From positions 121,830,001-121,894,000 of the forward strand of contig NC_042997.1 of assembly GCF_006345805.1 (NCBI RefSeq): a stretch of 64,000 bases of DNA, in the 5' to 3' direction. The stretch is from Octopus sinensis (taxonomy: Eukaryota). The notes beneath the pieces were generated by a model. It did not search any database. It saw only the letters and a list, made by a program, of their open reading frames with translations, and had not been told where the DNA came from. A program made the position numbers and the translations under genes. Every line of letters begins with the position of its first letter. Within the stretch, counting starts at the first letter, position 1. This document shows, one piece after another, positions 12,841-26,119 of the stretch.

Positions 12841-13950
12841 TTAGTACATCTTTTTTAATATATTTTAAACTTTTTTTTATTTACCAAGGCCCAAGTTCCT
12901 CATAGGCGAGGATAGTCACAAGACACACCGGGAATTCCATTCATTTCCCAGTTTAAAGGCGAGCCCTGTCTTATGCTCGGGTCAAGGGATAGAAAGCAAC
13001 CCCCGATATTGGTTGAGTGTGGGTGCATGTGCGTGTGTGTGTGTATTCTCATAACAAATCCCTTCAGCTACACGGAACAATTTTCAAGACTGCTAATATC
13101 CCAGATGTAGAGCCTGACCTAAGTGCAATTTAAAAGTATCGAAAATACCATGCAGTTCAATGTAAAAAGAATATGCGGCACTGCACAACATTCACACAAA
13201 ACCTTCGCATCCAGTGTACAGAGGATCAGAAGTATCGTAATCCTCAACTTCATAAAATCTGTGCGTGTCAAGGAATCGGTTTAGATATTACGACATTGGT
13301 TTACAATGAGGAAACAAATTGGCTCAATGTTTTCTGGATATAATTGTCTGAGATCCTAGAGACATATACATCGCAGCGTGAAACGCAAATGAAGTTATTG
13401 ATATTGAACTCAATAATTCAACAAAAGCCAACGTACATAGGGGGGAATGTGGAAATGAAATGAAAATAAAATTAATAGATTCACTTGAGCATACACAGGA
13501 CAGACATGCTGGAACATATAAGGGAACAAAAGATGATTAATTATACACACAATCACATTGTGCTCACATATGACACACAAACACATACAAATATGTGTGT
13601 GTGTCGTGTGTGCGTGCGTGTGCGTTGCATATACTTTATCGCTTTATGAAAGAATTCGTTTCGTAGTTTACCAATATCGGTATGGAGAGACTTCATTGAT
13701 CTGTAAAGGAAGACCGATCCGACTCTACGTAGAAGAGTTCGTATAGACACAATGGAATAGAGATACAGGACGAAAAAATGGGGACAGTAAATGCTTGGGT
13801 AGAAAATGCCTGTTTGAAAGGAGCTTCACCAAAGACTATTAGGTTGGTAGTAGGATCAGGCATACAAACGACGAAACATAGACCGTGTAGAGTAAGGTAA
13901 AAGAAGAATTGCTTTATATATATATATAATATATATAATATATATAATAT

Positions 13951-13984
<34 letters not shown>

Positions 13985-14354
13985 ATATATATATATATAA
14001 GGCACATGCTGGATTGGCCTCATGTTTACATCTTTAATATTGGCGTATCTGTTGAAGAAAACTTCGCCTAGTAAATTACTTTATTTGTTAAAATAAGTCA
14101 GGAAATAGATGGTAAATGCTTTTTTTTTCATTCCCTTCGAGAATTTATCCCTAATTAGTGGTTTGGACTTTAGCTGTTCTTTGTAGCGTAAAGGACTCAT
14201 ACGATGGAAAACTCTTAATGTGTGTAAATGTACACTGTATTTTATATGAATAATACATAGTAAATTGACTAATTTTTCTATACGCTAGGCCACTGGTAGT
14301 ACAAATTTCTAAAATCTTTATTACCCTGATTATATATATATATATATACATATA

Positions 14355-14519
14355 TACGACAGGCTTCTTTCAGTTTCCGTCTACCAAATCCACTCACAAG
14401 GCATTGGTCGGCCCGGGGCTATAGCAGAAGACCCTTGCCCAACGAGCCACGCAGTGGGACTGAACCCGAAACCATGTGGTTGCTTAGCAAGCTACTTACC
14501 ACACAGCCACTCCTGCGCC

Positions 14520-14520
<1 letters not shown>
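14355..14520 (-). mobile_element. SINE family S1, 5' half
   Basis: gcttctttcagtttccgtctaccaaatccactcacaag..cttaccacacagccactcctg. Confidence 0.8.
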
Positions 14521-14596
<76 letters not shown>

Positions 14597-14600
<4 letters not shown>

Positions 14601-14799
14601 AGGGAGAGTAATTGAATATTAATTTAATTAATATCAATTTAAAACCAGTAGCCTAGCATATATAAAAAAATCTGTAAAATCAGCTTATTGGTTATCCACC
14701 TAGTGGTTTATCCCTAAATACACACACACACACATATATATATACACCGTATACAAGCATATACATACCTATATATATTTGTGTCGGTGTGTATGTTGA

Positions 14800-14860
<61 letters not shown>

Positions 14861-14965
14861 ATACTATTTTGCTGAACATTCAGTTTTTTATGCTAGACCA
14901 CTGGTGTGAAATCGATGTTAATTAAATTAGTATCTAATTTCTCACCCTCATTTTAAATTTAAAAT
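14597..14965. mobile_element. Two inward-facing terminal fragments of the same family (14597-14720 and 14870-14965) around a microsatellite
   Basis: Both are related to block A (aagggtgag..attaatttaa..accagtggtctagcat) and lie in opposite orientations, each ending in TA-rich sequence. Confidence 0.5.
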
Positions 14966-15627
14966 TATATATATGTTGGGGGTATGTGCATCTGCGTAAA
15001 TGTATGCACACACAGAAGCGCACATCCACATACACATCGGATATACAATAGCGTCCCTTTGTCGTGGATTAACCATGCATAGAATTGAAGGATCTAGCGC
15101 AAGTTCTAATGTAGTACACAAAATATATTTGTCACAGATGGCAAGCTTATAAAACTATGGGCAATTTTACAAAATTGAAAGAAATAGCTAATGGCAGGTC
15201 TACAAATGTTAAATAAAAAATATACACACAACTATATCAAGCGTAAAAACATATGTCATAATATCAAATCTACCAGGATCTTGTCACAATTTGAAATCCA
15301 GTTATGAGAACTTTATCAATCATAAATTTATTCCCAAGACTTTTGCAGCGTAAGACAGAACACGCAAGGGATTGCCATTGAAACAACTTAATTTGAAATT
15401 GTGATTGTGAAAGTCACAAAATGTCATCATAATTCATTCGAGAACGTCAATGTTGCAAAGCAAAATGAAGGTTTAATAAGGAAAAACGAACAAGCCTTAA
15501 TAGAAAATATCAATTTGAAATGGTAAAATAATTTATATCTAGTGGTCACATTGTTTTGCATCATCCGACATTCATTCTCATTGGGCTGAATGTTAATGGT
15601 TCTTGGCTCCTTCATTTTGCTGTTTGT

Positions 15628-15685
<58 letters not shown>

Positions 15686-15782
15686 ATAGTCATATGCCCG
15701 AGTGTTTTATAAGATCGCATCGCAATTACGAGGTCACGTGATCGATACTAGACTTGGTATATTGGTGGTTATTTTCTATAGT

Positions 15783-16086
15783 TGTGGAGGCACATGGCCT
15801 AGTGATTAGAGAAGCGGACTCGCGGTCGAGGGATCGCGGGTTCGGATCTCAGACCGGGCGATGTATGTGTTTATGAGCGAAACACCTAAGTTCCACAGGA
15901 CTCCGGCAGAAGTTAATGGCTAACTTCTGCTGACACTTTCGCCACAACCTTTTCTTACTCTTTCCTTCTGCATCTTGCAGCTCACCTGCGACGGGCCGTT
16001 GTCCCGCCCAGGTGGGGAACCTATACGCCAAGGAAACCGGGAAACGGGCCGTATGAGCAAGGCATAGCTCGAGAAGGAATAAACAA
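15783..16086 (+). mobile_element. tRNA-type SINE, family S4, full length
   Basis: ggaggcacatggcctagtgattagag..ggttcggatctc head and tail ..gctcgagaaggaataaacaa; second copy at 19813-20061 (minus). Confidence 0.8.
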
Positions 16087-16968
16087 GTTTCAATAGTCAT
16101 TTTCATTCATAGAGTATGAGTAACATTTGTTAGAATAATAATAGAAAACCTCACGAAGGATAGAACTAGTCATTCGAAGGTACAGTTATATCATACTGCC
16201 CCACTGACGCTGACAGGGTTACATTTAGAACATAGATGTGGTGGAGCATGTTCAACCACACTTTAATTCAATGAACAGAAAATTTAGTTAACTGGACAAT
16301 GAACAATGGCATAGTCATCAGCGAAACTGACGGAGAATCACCATTTTATATAATGTGTGCAGGTGTGTGTAGATATGAATGGGTATATATATATGTATAT
16401 GCCCATATATATGTCTGTGCGTGCGTGTGTATGATTGTGTATGTTTTATATATATATATAGGTACTATAATTATGCACACGCACACACACACATAGACAT
16501 CTCCCCTCCATACACACATATATACATGCATATACTTGTGTGTGCTGGTTATGCATGCGCTAATGACAATAGCCTAGAAGAGAACACAAACGAAATTCAG
16601 CTTTCGTTTAATCTACGCTACGTTGTAAAACCTGCCTAGTTTTTCCTCGAATCTTTATTATTAGTGATATATTTTGAACATAATAAACTGCACAATAATA
16701 TTCCAGTTGCTCACAATCATTGGTGGAGGGTGAGAAGAAAGCAAATGGGTTTCTATGCCCTGTGAAGTGAATGAGGAATGACTAAATACTGAAAAACCAA
16801 AATATTCAATTATATTAATGGCACGTGCAAACAGAAATAACCATAGAGACAACTCTTTTGAAAATAATGGGAAGTATGAAGACTTGTTTCTGACAATAGT
16901 TTTCTGTAGGTGTATTAATTTTTAGAATGCTGATGATATACATATATATAGATACACGCACACACAAA

Positions 16969-17010
<42 letters not shown>

Positions 17011-17511
17011 TATATATATAATATATATATATATAACTGTGTGTGTACACGAACGCAGACACATAAACACATATATATACATATTTATATATATATATAT
17101 ATATATATGAAACAGTGTGTGTGCATATATATAGATATCTGTGTGTGTATTTTCTCTCTCGGCATTCTCGTTTGTTTATTTCTGCTGGGTGCCTTTCATT
17201 TCATTTCGTTTCGTTTATTATATTATAGTTTTTATATATATCATATATTTTTGTTCTTTTTTATTCCCCTATTATTTGTATATAACTTCAATGCTTTTGT
17301 ATTGTTTTCATATTCTTTTTATTTTCTTGATATACTTTTTAGTTCTTTCACTTTCTTTTTCTGCATATTCCGTTTGTCACGCTTCTACCTTGTTTAGAAC
17401 ACAAAAAGAAACACAAAGAAAGAACAAGGAATATAAGCTACGACATGTAGTTAGGGAGAACATCAACTTCAAGTGGAACAACCGACGTAAAAAAGACAAA
17501 AAAAACAGAAC

Positions 17512-17555
<44 letters not shown>

Positions 17556-17744
17556 ACTGTGTGTGGGTGTGTTCTTGTAAATACAAATAAGTGAGGTACT
17601 CTCTACATAAGGGAGAGCAAATTATAATATCCATAACAGTTGACGAATTAAGATTATCCTATCCCTAAAATCTTCAGTTTTTCCACTTGTTTATGTTACC
17701 ATTATAATTATTATTATCATTACTATCATTATCATCATAATTAA

Positions 17745-17915
17745 GGCGGTGAGCTAGTAGAAACGTTAGCACGCCGGGTGAAATGCTTAGCGGTATTTCG
17801 TCTGCCGTTACATTCTGAGTTCACATTTCACCTAGGTCAACTTTCTCTATCATACTTTCGGGGTCGATAAAAAAAGTACTGTGGTCGATGTAATTGACCA
17901 CAGAGTCCCCTCCGT
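17745..17915 (+). mobile_element. SINE family S2, diverged copy
   Basis: ggcggtgagctagtagaaacgttagcacgccgggtgaaatgcttagcgg.. is homologous to 743-970. Confidence 0.75.
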
Positions 17916-18254
17916 CTTTAGTAGAAAAAAATATTATTATTATTACTGATATTATTAATTCCACTTTATCACTCTTACAAAAAAACCTTGCAAATACACA
18001 CACTCACACACATGCAGTAATCACATCTGATCCTGTTAAAACATTTTCTCTTTGAGAAAAATCAAAACATGTTCAGTTGGAGGGAATGCTTGTGTTTGTT
18101 GAAAAGCCTCGCAGCGGGATTTTTGCCCTTGTCCTTAAAGGATAGGGATAAAAATTAATCCTTTAGAGATGGGTGCTTGTGCATCACTTCGTACCTTCTA
18201 CGAAACTCCTATTCTTGTTGCACGCTGTACTCAACTGATATTTATTGGGAAGTG

Positions 18255-18290
<36 letters not shown>

Positions 18291-18442
18291 AATATATATA
18301 TATACATATATATATACAAATAATCCTATCAGGTGGTACTATTATGTTAGACATGCCCTGGACCAATCTTTGGTCGAAACATATCTAAGTTTACAGACAC
18401 ACACATATATATACATATACATATATACATACACACACATAC

Positions 18443-18524
<82 letters not shown>

Positions 18525-18594
18525 GCGAGCCAAAGAAATAATATTCTTAAGCCTATACATCTGGAAAAGTACAGGACAATTTATTGCACTTAAA

Positions 18595-19315
18595 ACAGTT
18601 CAGGGCAAGATATTACGTCTGGTAAAGTGCAGAACATTAAAATGTTTACTTAAAATGTTGCAGCTAAGGATAAAATTTCAAATTAAATATTTAGATTTAG
18701 AAAATATTTGCTTTTATTAAAACTGAAGACTTTTTTTTACAAGTTATTGCTTCTATTTGTTATAACTTGTCACTCCTATGAACATTTTTAAAAAAATAAC
18801 TCAAAATATATTTTGCACTTTAAAAAAAAAAAATTTTTAATTATTAATTAATAATTAGATATTTGAAAATAGGTTATAAAAAATAAGAGTAGTACATAAT
18901 TAGTACAATAAATCGAATAATACAAAATTTAGTTATATATTATAGTAAAATATGCCTATAACAACAAATTCATAGTAAAATTTGCTTGAGTTATTGCCTA
19001 AGTTATTGCCAAGTCTTCAAATTTTTAGTCTTGAACAATGCCTAGATTTTACATAATGAATTTGCCTACCATATATACTATTCTTCTCCACATAAAACTT
19101 TAGCTATATTGGTACTTCTGGCTCTCGTTTTTTAAGTATTTTAGAGTGTTCATATTATAAAAAATGGTGTTGCTTTTTCTAATTATAATGTGACTTTGTA
19201 AATTAAAATCAATTTTTAATATTCAAATTATATTCTTAGCTGCAATATTTTAAGCAAAATATTTCTTGTTCTGTACTTTACCAGATGTAATAACTTGTGC
19301 TGAAATTTTCCAGAT
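18595..19315. mobile_element. Old non-autonomous element with imperfect inverted repeats of about 100 bp
   Basis: caagatattacgtctggtaaagtgcagaac..ttgcagctaagg (18606-18670) matches the reverse complement of cttagctgcaa..gttctgtactttaccagatgtaataacttg (19235-19298). Confidence 0.45.
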
Positions 19316-19812
19316 TATTTCTCTTGCTCACATTTTTCCATGAAATCCATGTTTTCTCCAAGCTATGCTATTATGCTAATTAATAATGTGTGTCATATGT
19401 GTCAATTAGCTGTGTCATTGATAATTTGTTTTACCTCAATGATGCCTGTGACATACATTATAAGTCCCCTAGAACTATATTCATAAAAAAAGTATAGAAC
19501 TATATTATCATTCTCAAATTTGAGAAAAAAAACACTCATAACTTTTTTCTTTTAAAATTTTCTTGCACGAGACTGATAACATGAAATTACTCAAATTGAG
19601 CTCTATCATGTAAGCTTAATTAAAATTTAGCTTATTTTAAAATAAAAAGGTTAATTGGGTGCAAGAATGGCATAAATGCAGGAATGGCAAAGGTGCAGGA
19701 GTGGCTGTGTGGTAAGTAGCTTGCTTACCAACCACATATATATTACATGTAAATTGTATTTATGATTTATTATATGGCATTATTATAAGAATATGCTATA
19801 ATATAAGATCAT

Positions 19813-20061
19813 GTTTTGTTTTGTTTGTTCCTTCTCGAGCCACGCCTGGCCCATTAGGGCCGGTTTCCCGGTTACCTTGGCGTATAGGTTCCCCACCTGG
19901 GCCGGACGCCGGTCCGTCTCAGGTGAGCTGTAAGATGCAGGAGGAAAGAGTGAGAGAAAATTGTGGCGAAGATTCAGCAGAAGTTCGCAATTACCATCTT
20001 CCGGAGCCGCTTAGGTGTTTCGCTCATAAACACACACATCGCCCGGACTGAGATTCGAACC
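19813..20061 (-). mobile_element. SINE family S4, 5'-truncated
   Basis: Reverse-complement homologue of 15840-16086 with an (AAAAC)n-like tail. Confidence 0.8.
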
Positions 20062-21073
20062 AGCGATTGTATATGCGCATGTGTATGTGGGTGCTGTTAT
20101 TCGTGCAAATTTATATATACTGCGAATATAGACAAATTTGTAATTCTCTTTTTTTCATATTTTTTGTGTGACCTACATTGTTATAATTTGTTTAGCAATT
20201 ATTAAAAAGTATATTCCAGCGATTCTCAAATTCTTTCATAGATGTGTCTTTTATCGCACAACCAGAAAACTCATTTTAATTCACCTCCTAGAACATCTGC
20301 CTGACTCCTTTGAATGATATTTTATCTTCCAAAGTGCCTTCTATGCAAAGGACGATTCTCAGCGCAATATGTTAGATGATGTTTTATTTTTTCGTCATGT
20401 CTCTTCTAAAATAACGTTGCTCTATCTAATTTATCTTTAATATAAGCCTGCAAAGTGATTCTTTGGTAATTACTACAGGAAACACCATGAAATTGGACGC
20501 AGAAACACATATATGCATCTACAAACACATAAACTTTATAACAGAAAGAAGAATTAATCTTTAACCATTGCAAACTACTATTGAGTACGTATATTTAAGT
20601 ATACATACTCTTAAGTATAAAGCTGAACTAAATAATCACAATTGTAATCTATATAAGATCACGCCTATAACTTTGGTAGGAAAAATACGTTTCTGCTAGC
20701 AAACGAATTTAGAAATAATATGATTATTTTTAAAAAAAAGTTTCTTTATCCACCGGCGTAGAATTAAATCAGTTTGAAAGTTTCTATGAGTAACTCTGCT
20801 GTCAAGAGGAAACGAAAAGGAAACATTAAACATAAGTACACTGACTTAAAATAAACTGTTGCTAATTAACGGTGAAATGCCAATTAGAAAGTGCCAGTAA
20901 GAAATAGCATCAAACGAGGAAAAAATGTGTTTGCATAAAATGAAATACAGAACTGCATTTAAATACTACAGCATAAATGCTTCTTTGCTTACATATATAC
21001 GCCACTCATATTCGCATTTACACGTCCTGTTACATGGATATAAACACATATACTCTCTATCTCTCTCTCACGT

Positions 21074-21135
<62 letters not shown>

Positions 21136-21207
21136 ATGTGTGTGTATTATATATATATATATATGTATTTATTTGTGTGTATACGTATTTATCTATATGT
21201 ATTTATT

Positions 21208-21255
<48 letters not shown>

Positions 21256-22577
21256 ATAATATATATATATGCATTTATTGTATATCCATGCGCGCGCACA
21301 CACATGGACCTATACATACAAAAATATATCCGTATAACTCGAATGTATCTTAATGTTTATGATATCCGAGAATTCCTATCCTGCAAAATGAAACTTTTCT
21401 GCACTGCATTGTTTGTTAGCTTAAACGTCATTGCATTTCCACAAAATGCTGGTGCCAACGTTGCGTCAATATCTCATATCAATATCTGCCTTTAGATAGT
21501 TTGACCTACGGGTTTAATTTTAATATTTAAGTGATTTCAAGTTAAATAGATCGGACATTCTTCTATTGAAAACCGGCAGTCTATTGACATCCATGTTTTC
21601 GATGGAATCACTATTTTCTAAACATTGCAATTGTTATTCTGCTAGTTTTTTTCTTCTTTTTGTTACTATTTTATTATTAATATGTTTGTCGCTGTTATTG
21701 TTGTTGGTCGATTATTTTTATTTTATGAAATGTTCATATTTCAAAAATGAGACTAACATAAAATGATTTCTTTATTTGCAATGATGGCATAGAAAAATGG
21801 GAAATAAAGTGCTTATGCATAATTTATAAACTTCCATTGACTTTTGAGTAGATCGTGCTTTAAAGGTTGATCAAATGCTGACGAACCATTTTTACAAACT
21901 AAATTGATTTCTCTTAAGAGAACGTATCCTCATTTTGGTAATGTGTAGCTGACAATTTTGATATTGTGCTCCAGACAGTTCCACTTAACTGTCTTGCATA
22001 GCTTAACATATGAAAATAATGAGTGTGGGAGAAATAGACACAAACAAAATGAGGTAGCGTGAGTTGGTAGGGATGGAAAGTGTATTAACGTATGACGTTT
22101 TATTGATGACAAATGCATTAGATAATCTAGAGATGTTACATCCAGTACATCATCATCAAACCTATTGACCTCTAACAGCGTTTCTTATGTCGTTTAGATA
22201 TATTGGGAAACTTTATCGAACAATTCAAACTATCAAAAGTCTTTATGCTTCTTTGAGCTCATCTTTAATTCTCCTCCGTTCACCGCCTTCAAAACAATAA
22301 TACGTTTCTTTGAAATAACAAATACATACGTATATAATGTTGACAGAATATTACTCTTAGCATAACATAGTGTTTGCAGATCATGTGAGCGAATAGAATA
22401 TATATTTTAAAAGATATATTATGTTTATTAATAATGTAATTTTAAAATTATGTGTTTATTGCCGTTATTTATTATTTTTTTCTCTAGTTTCAGTTCAGAG
22501 CTGCGGCCATGCTGATGCACGGCCTTTTTGCTACACTGTTATTACTAAGAGCCTCCTATAATATGTGGCACTTGGTG

Positions 22578-22715
22578 AAGCATGGAATTTGATATAGCTA
22601 CCCTCATTTGCACCTCTTGCCGTGAGGTAGGTTCATCTGGGACTCTCGACAGGAAGAGGTCCAGCTTTGATTTTAAAAACCCTACATCTACTTTGTGCAA
22701 GTTCCTCAGACTTTT
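22578..22715 (-). mobile_element. CR1/L2-like LINE 3' coding end fragment
   Basis: Minus frame VDVGFLKSKLDLFLSRVPDEPT matches the FKxxLDxFLxxVPDEP C-terminal motif. Confidence 0.6.
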
Positions 22716-23313
22716 TGGGAGAATATTAAAAAGCTGTTATCCTAAAATGATAATGAAAATATTTGTGCAGTATATAAATACATATTCAAAAGGTTTCGCT
22801 TGTGATCGGATCTCAAGAAATAGGGAACAGAATTGTGATTTCATTATCCCCAAATGACTGTATTGAGATTCTTAAGGAAATCAAAATAAGTTGCAGAGTT
22901 TTCGATGAAATGCAACAACGAATTGAAGTATGAATATGTATATTATATTCGATCCTTTGACAATTATTACACATACACTCACCATATATAAAATACGCCA
23001 GAATATGCGTAACGAAATCCAACGATAAAATTGTGCGGTGTTGGAGATTCAGACAATCACAAATATAATCAGTATAGTTCTGTAAACTTAATAAAACTAA
23101 TTTCTTAATCAAAAATACAATTAGCTGAGATTTTACAGATTGTAAATTCATTGTGTCAGACGCAATAACAACCACTATACATAGATTTCGATGGATATCT
23201 GTGTTCTATTAAATTGTATCGCGAAACAATATTATTCAAACTTTAGATATAATTATCACTCTTCTTTGTTTCATTAACTTGCAAAGTAAATTAGTTGATC
23301 TTAGTCTCATATT

Positions 23314-23472
23314 GGTGTGGTGTGGCTGTGTGGTCGGAATTCCTTCACAAACAGACGGCTCCGTGTTCAGTTTCACTGCGTGGAGACCTGTGCAAGTGCC
23401 TTCTAATACAACTCCGGGACAGCGAAAACCTTTTGAGTGAACTTGATAGACGGAAATTGACAGAAGACCGTC
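23314..23472 (+). mobile_element. SINE family S1, diverged 5' half followed by (ATCT)n
   Basis: Degenerate match to the S1 head (gtggctgtgtggt..cactgcgtgg..gatagacggaaattgacagaagaccgtc). Confidence 0.65.
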
Positions 23473-23655
<183 letters not shown>

Positions 23656-23685
23656 GCGAGAAAGAAGCAACAAGAATGGATAGGT

Positions 23686-23742
23686 TTTTAGTACAATCGT
23701 TTCATACAGCATATAAACGTGTCCCGTACTCATCAGCTAAAA
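23686..23742 (-). ncRNA. Minimal type I hammerhead ribozyme motif (short stem II loop variant)
   Basis: Minus strand: ttttag CTGATGA gtac..gtat GAAAC gatt GTA ctaaaa. Confidence 0.78.
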
Positions 23743-24116
23743 TAAATGTGAGTTCTCTAGACATCCTAGTGGTTGAGGCTATACTCATGAAGTAATGTAG
23801 ATAATTAAGTAACATAAACAGATTTCAAAGTTCATAAAGTTCTTTAAGATGATGTACAGTCTTATCACAGAATTTTAAAAAAGTTCTAATAGCATCACAG
23901 AGAAGGTGACCTAATCCATAGAGCACATATGTGCTCTATGGATTAGGTCACCTTCTCTGTGATGCTATTAGAACTTTTTTAAAATTCTGTGATAAGACTG
24001 TACATCATCTTTAAAGAACTTTAATGAACTTTGGAAATCTGTTATGTTACTTAATTATCTACATTACTTCATGAGTATAGCCTCAACCACTAGGATGTCT
24101 AGAGAACTCACATGTA

Positions 24117-24207
24117 TTTTAGCTGATGAGTACGGGACACGTTTATATGCTGTAATTTTTACAACTTTTAATAAAGCCTGTCCTTGTATGAAACGATTGT
24201 ACTAAAA
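24117..24207 (+). ncRNA. Minimal type I hammerhead ribozyme motif
   Basis: ttttag CTGATGA gtac[gggac..aataaa..gtcc]gtat GAAAC gatt GTA ctaaaa: 6-bp stem I, stem II with G-U closing pair, 2-bp stem III plus tetraloop, GUA cleavage triplet. Confidence 0.82.
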
Positions 24208-24383
24208 ACCTATCCATTCTTGTTGCTTCTTCTCGCTTATAATCACCCCACATTACTGTATTGTTAAAACAGTATAGTTTTTTTTGGTGCATCTAAGTTA
24301 GGTACCATATTCAAGTAAATTCATTTAAATTAACTTGAATCTTTATTGCTTTTTGTATATATATATATATATATAATATATAT

Positions 24384-24420
<37 letters not shown>

Positions 24421-24690
24421 CTGTGTGTATACAAATTTCACATTTCTAAACTAACTATATGAACTATATTCGGAATACAAGACCATATAACGGATTTTAC
24501 ATATGAACATTATGGATTATTGCAGAAGAATAACCAAGGAAGTATATATGGATTTAAAGACTCATCAAAAGTAGTAATTTTTAAATTTTAATTTATATTT
24601 CAAACACATACCATTTTGTAGTATTACTTGAAATTTAAAAACAAAACAAAAAACTAACATTCGATATGTTATACAAAATTCAAATTTTAT

Positions 24691-24780
24691 ATCTCTGAAG
24701 AGCAGAAGAGTTGTCTATAAATGCTTATCAATATAGGATTTCATTATATGGACAACACTTCTGTGAAACGAGCGTAAGAT
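24691..24780 (+). ncRNA. Minimal type I hammerhead ribozyme motif (solo copy)
   Basis: atct CTGAAGA gcagaag..gttgtc..gacaac..cttctgt GAAAC gagc GTA agat: stem I atct/agat and long stem II. The host segment is flanked by (TA)n on both sides. Confidence 0.8.
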
Positions 24781-24986
24781 GCTTTAAATACTTAATTCAA
24801 AACTTTTTAAACTGTCATATACATTATATACTTATACATATTTACATATATTTTGATACGTATTTATATATATTTTTATGCAACAATTATTTTTCACACG
24901 TGTATATATTTCTGAGGAGTTTCCTGATATTGATTTCCAAATATTAATAATATTAATAAAATATAATAATAATAATAATAATATAT

Positions 24987-25023
<37 letters not shown>

Positions 25024-25628
25024 TTGGAGATTCGTTTTAAGTATAAGAATATACCATAAACAAGTATGAAAGATAAAACAGAAATAAAATTATTATAAAA
25101 CTGGATTCAATGCAAACAATTTAAGAAAAAATTATTAAATCCTAGTTACTAAAAATATAATTGAAAATAAACAATTAAAAAAAATTAAATTAAGAATAAA
25201 AATAAAAATAATGTTTAAAATTTATTTTATGCATTGTCATTCTCATCAGTTTAATAAGATGAAGTAGAATAGCAATAAAATAAAATAAAATAGAATAAGA
25301 GAACACAGATGGGACAATAAAGGAAATCTGGTAATTTCCAAACCACGTTGTGAACAGGAAAAATAATATCAACAATACTAATGGTGAGAGAGACAAAAAA
25401 TAAAAAATAAAAAAAATACAAATATATATCAATGCGCAGTGAAACTCTAACATAAGAATCCAACGGATGTGTTTAAAACAAGTAATAATGATAAACACCG
25501 TTCTAGACGAAATACAGTGTAAACAAAGCCACATGTGTCTCTTAGAGTACAATGTAACAATTTCACGAGCACAAGGAAGCCATAGAGGGTTATACGTGTA
25601 CATAATATTATTATTGAAAAACGAGTAA

Positions 25629-25661
<33 letters not shown>

Positions 25662-25706
25662 ATATATATATATTGATCAAAATAAAAACATGATGCGAAG
25701 GATTCA

Positions 25707-25784
25707 GCGGTACATATGTTTCGGGCCTTTATTAGACAGATTTATAACAATGCATAATGTATGTCTGTGGCCTTCTTCAGCCGC
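25707..25784 (-). ncRNA. Minimal type I hammerhead ribozyme motif
   Basis: Minus strand: gcgg CTGAAGA a ggcc acagac..tctgtct aataaa ggcc c GAAAC atat GTA ccgc; palindromic ACATATGT stem III; A.C mismatch at the base of stem II. Confidence 0.72.
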
Positions 25785-25939
25785 GCACAACAGCTTCCAC
25801 AAGGACATGTGTTACATCAAAATTCTTGGTTGGGGATGCAAATCCTCTCATTCGCGTACGACATAATGCGGATGAGAGGATTTGCATCCCCAACCAAGAA
25901 TTTTTGATGTAACACATGTCCTTGTGGAAGCTGTTGTGC

Positions 25940-26017
25940 GCGGCTGAAGAAGGCGACAGACATACATTATGCATTGTTATAAATCTGTCTAATAAAGGCC
26001 CGAAACATATGTACCGC
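25940..26017 (+). ncRNA. Minimal type I hammerhead ribozyme motif
   Basis: gcgg CTGAAGA aggcg acagac..aataaa ggcc c GAAAC atat GTA ccgc; one substitution in stem II relative to the left-arm copy. Confidence 0.68.
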
Positions 26018-26119
26018 TGAATCCTTCGCATCATGTTTTTATTTTGATCAATTTACTCCACCACCTACACCACCAAACGGTATACACAGGTGCTTATAAT
26101 TATCAAGTACTCACCCCGA

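Larger units (their letters stand above)
23656..24355. mobile_element. Penelope-like terminal-repeat element as a zero-spacer palindrome, with an HHR in each arm
   Basis: Arms 23656-23928 and 23929-24236 are reverse complements with centre gagcacat|atgtgctc. The right arm runs on about 120 bp, and both ends abut (TA)n. Confidence 0.75.

Noticed and set aside
18350-18390. gacca-atctt-tggtc-GAAAC-atat, a hammerhead-like remnant
   Set aside because: The CUGANGA core is missing four nucleotides and there is no stem I.
22983-23079. Minus-strand segment with a strong donor (gtgagt) and a plausible acceptor
   Set aside because: It is 97 nt long, and its single open frame shows no similarity to iGluR or any protein I recognise; it needs RNA-seq.
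25235-25260. CTGATGAgaatg on the minus strand
   Set aside because: No matching stem II partner or GAAAC downstream.
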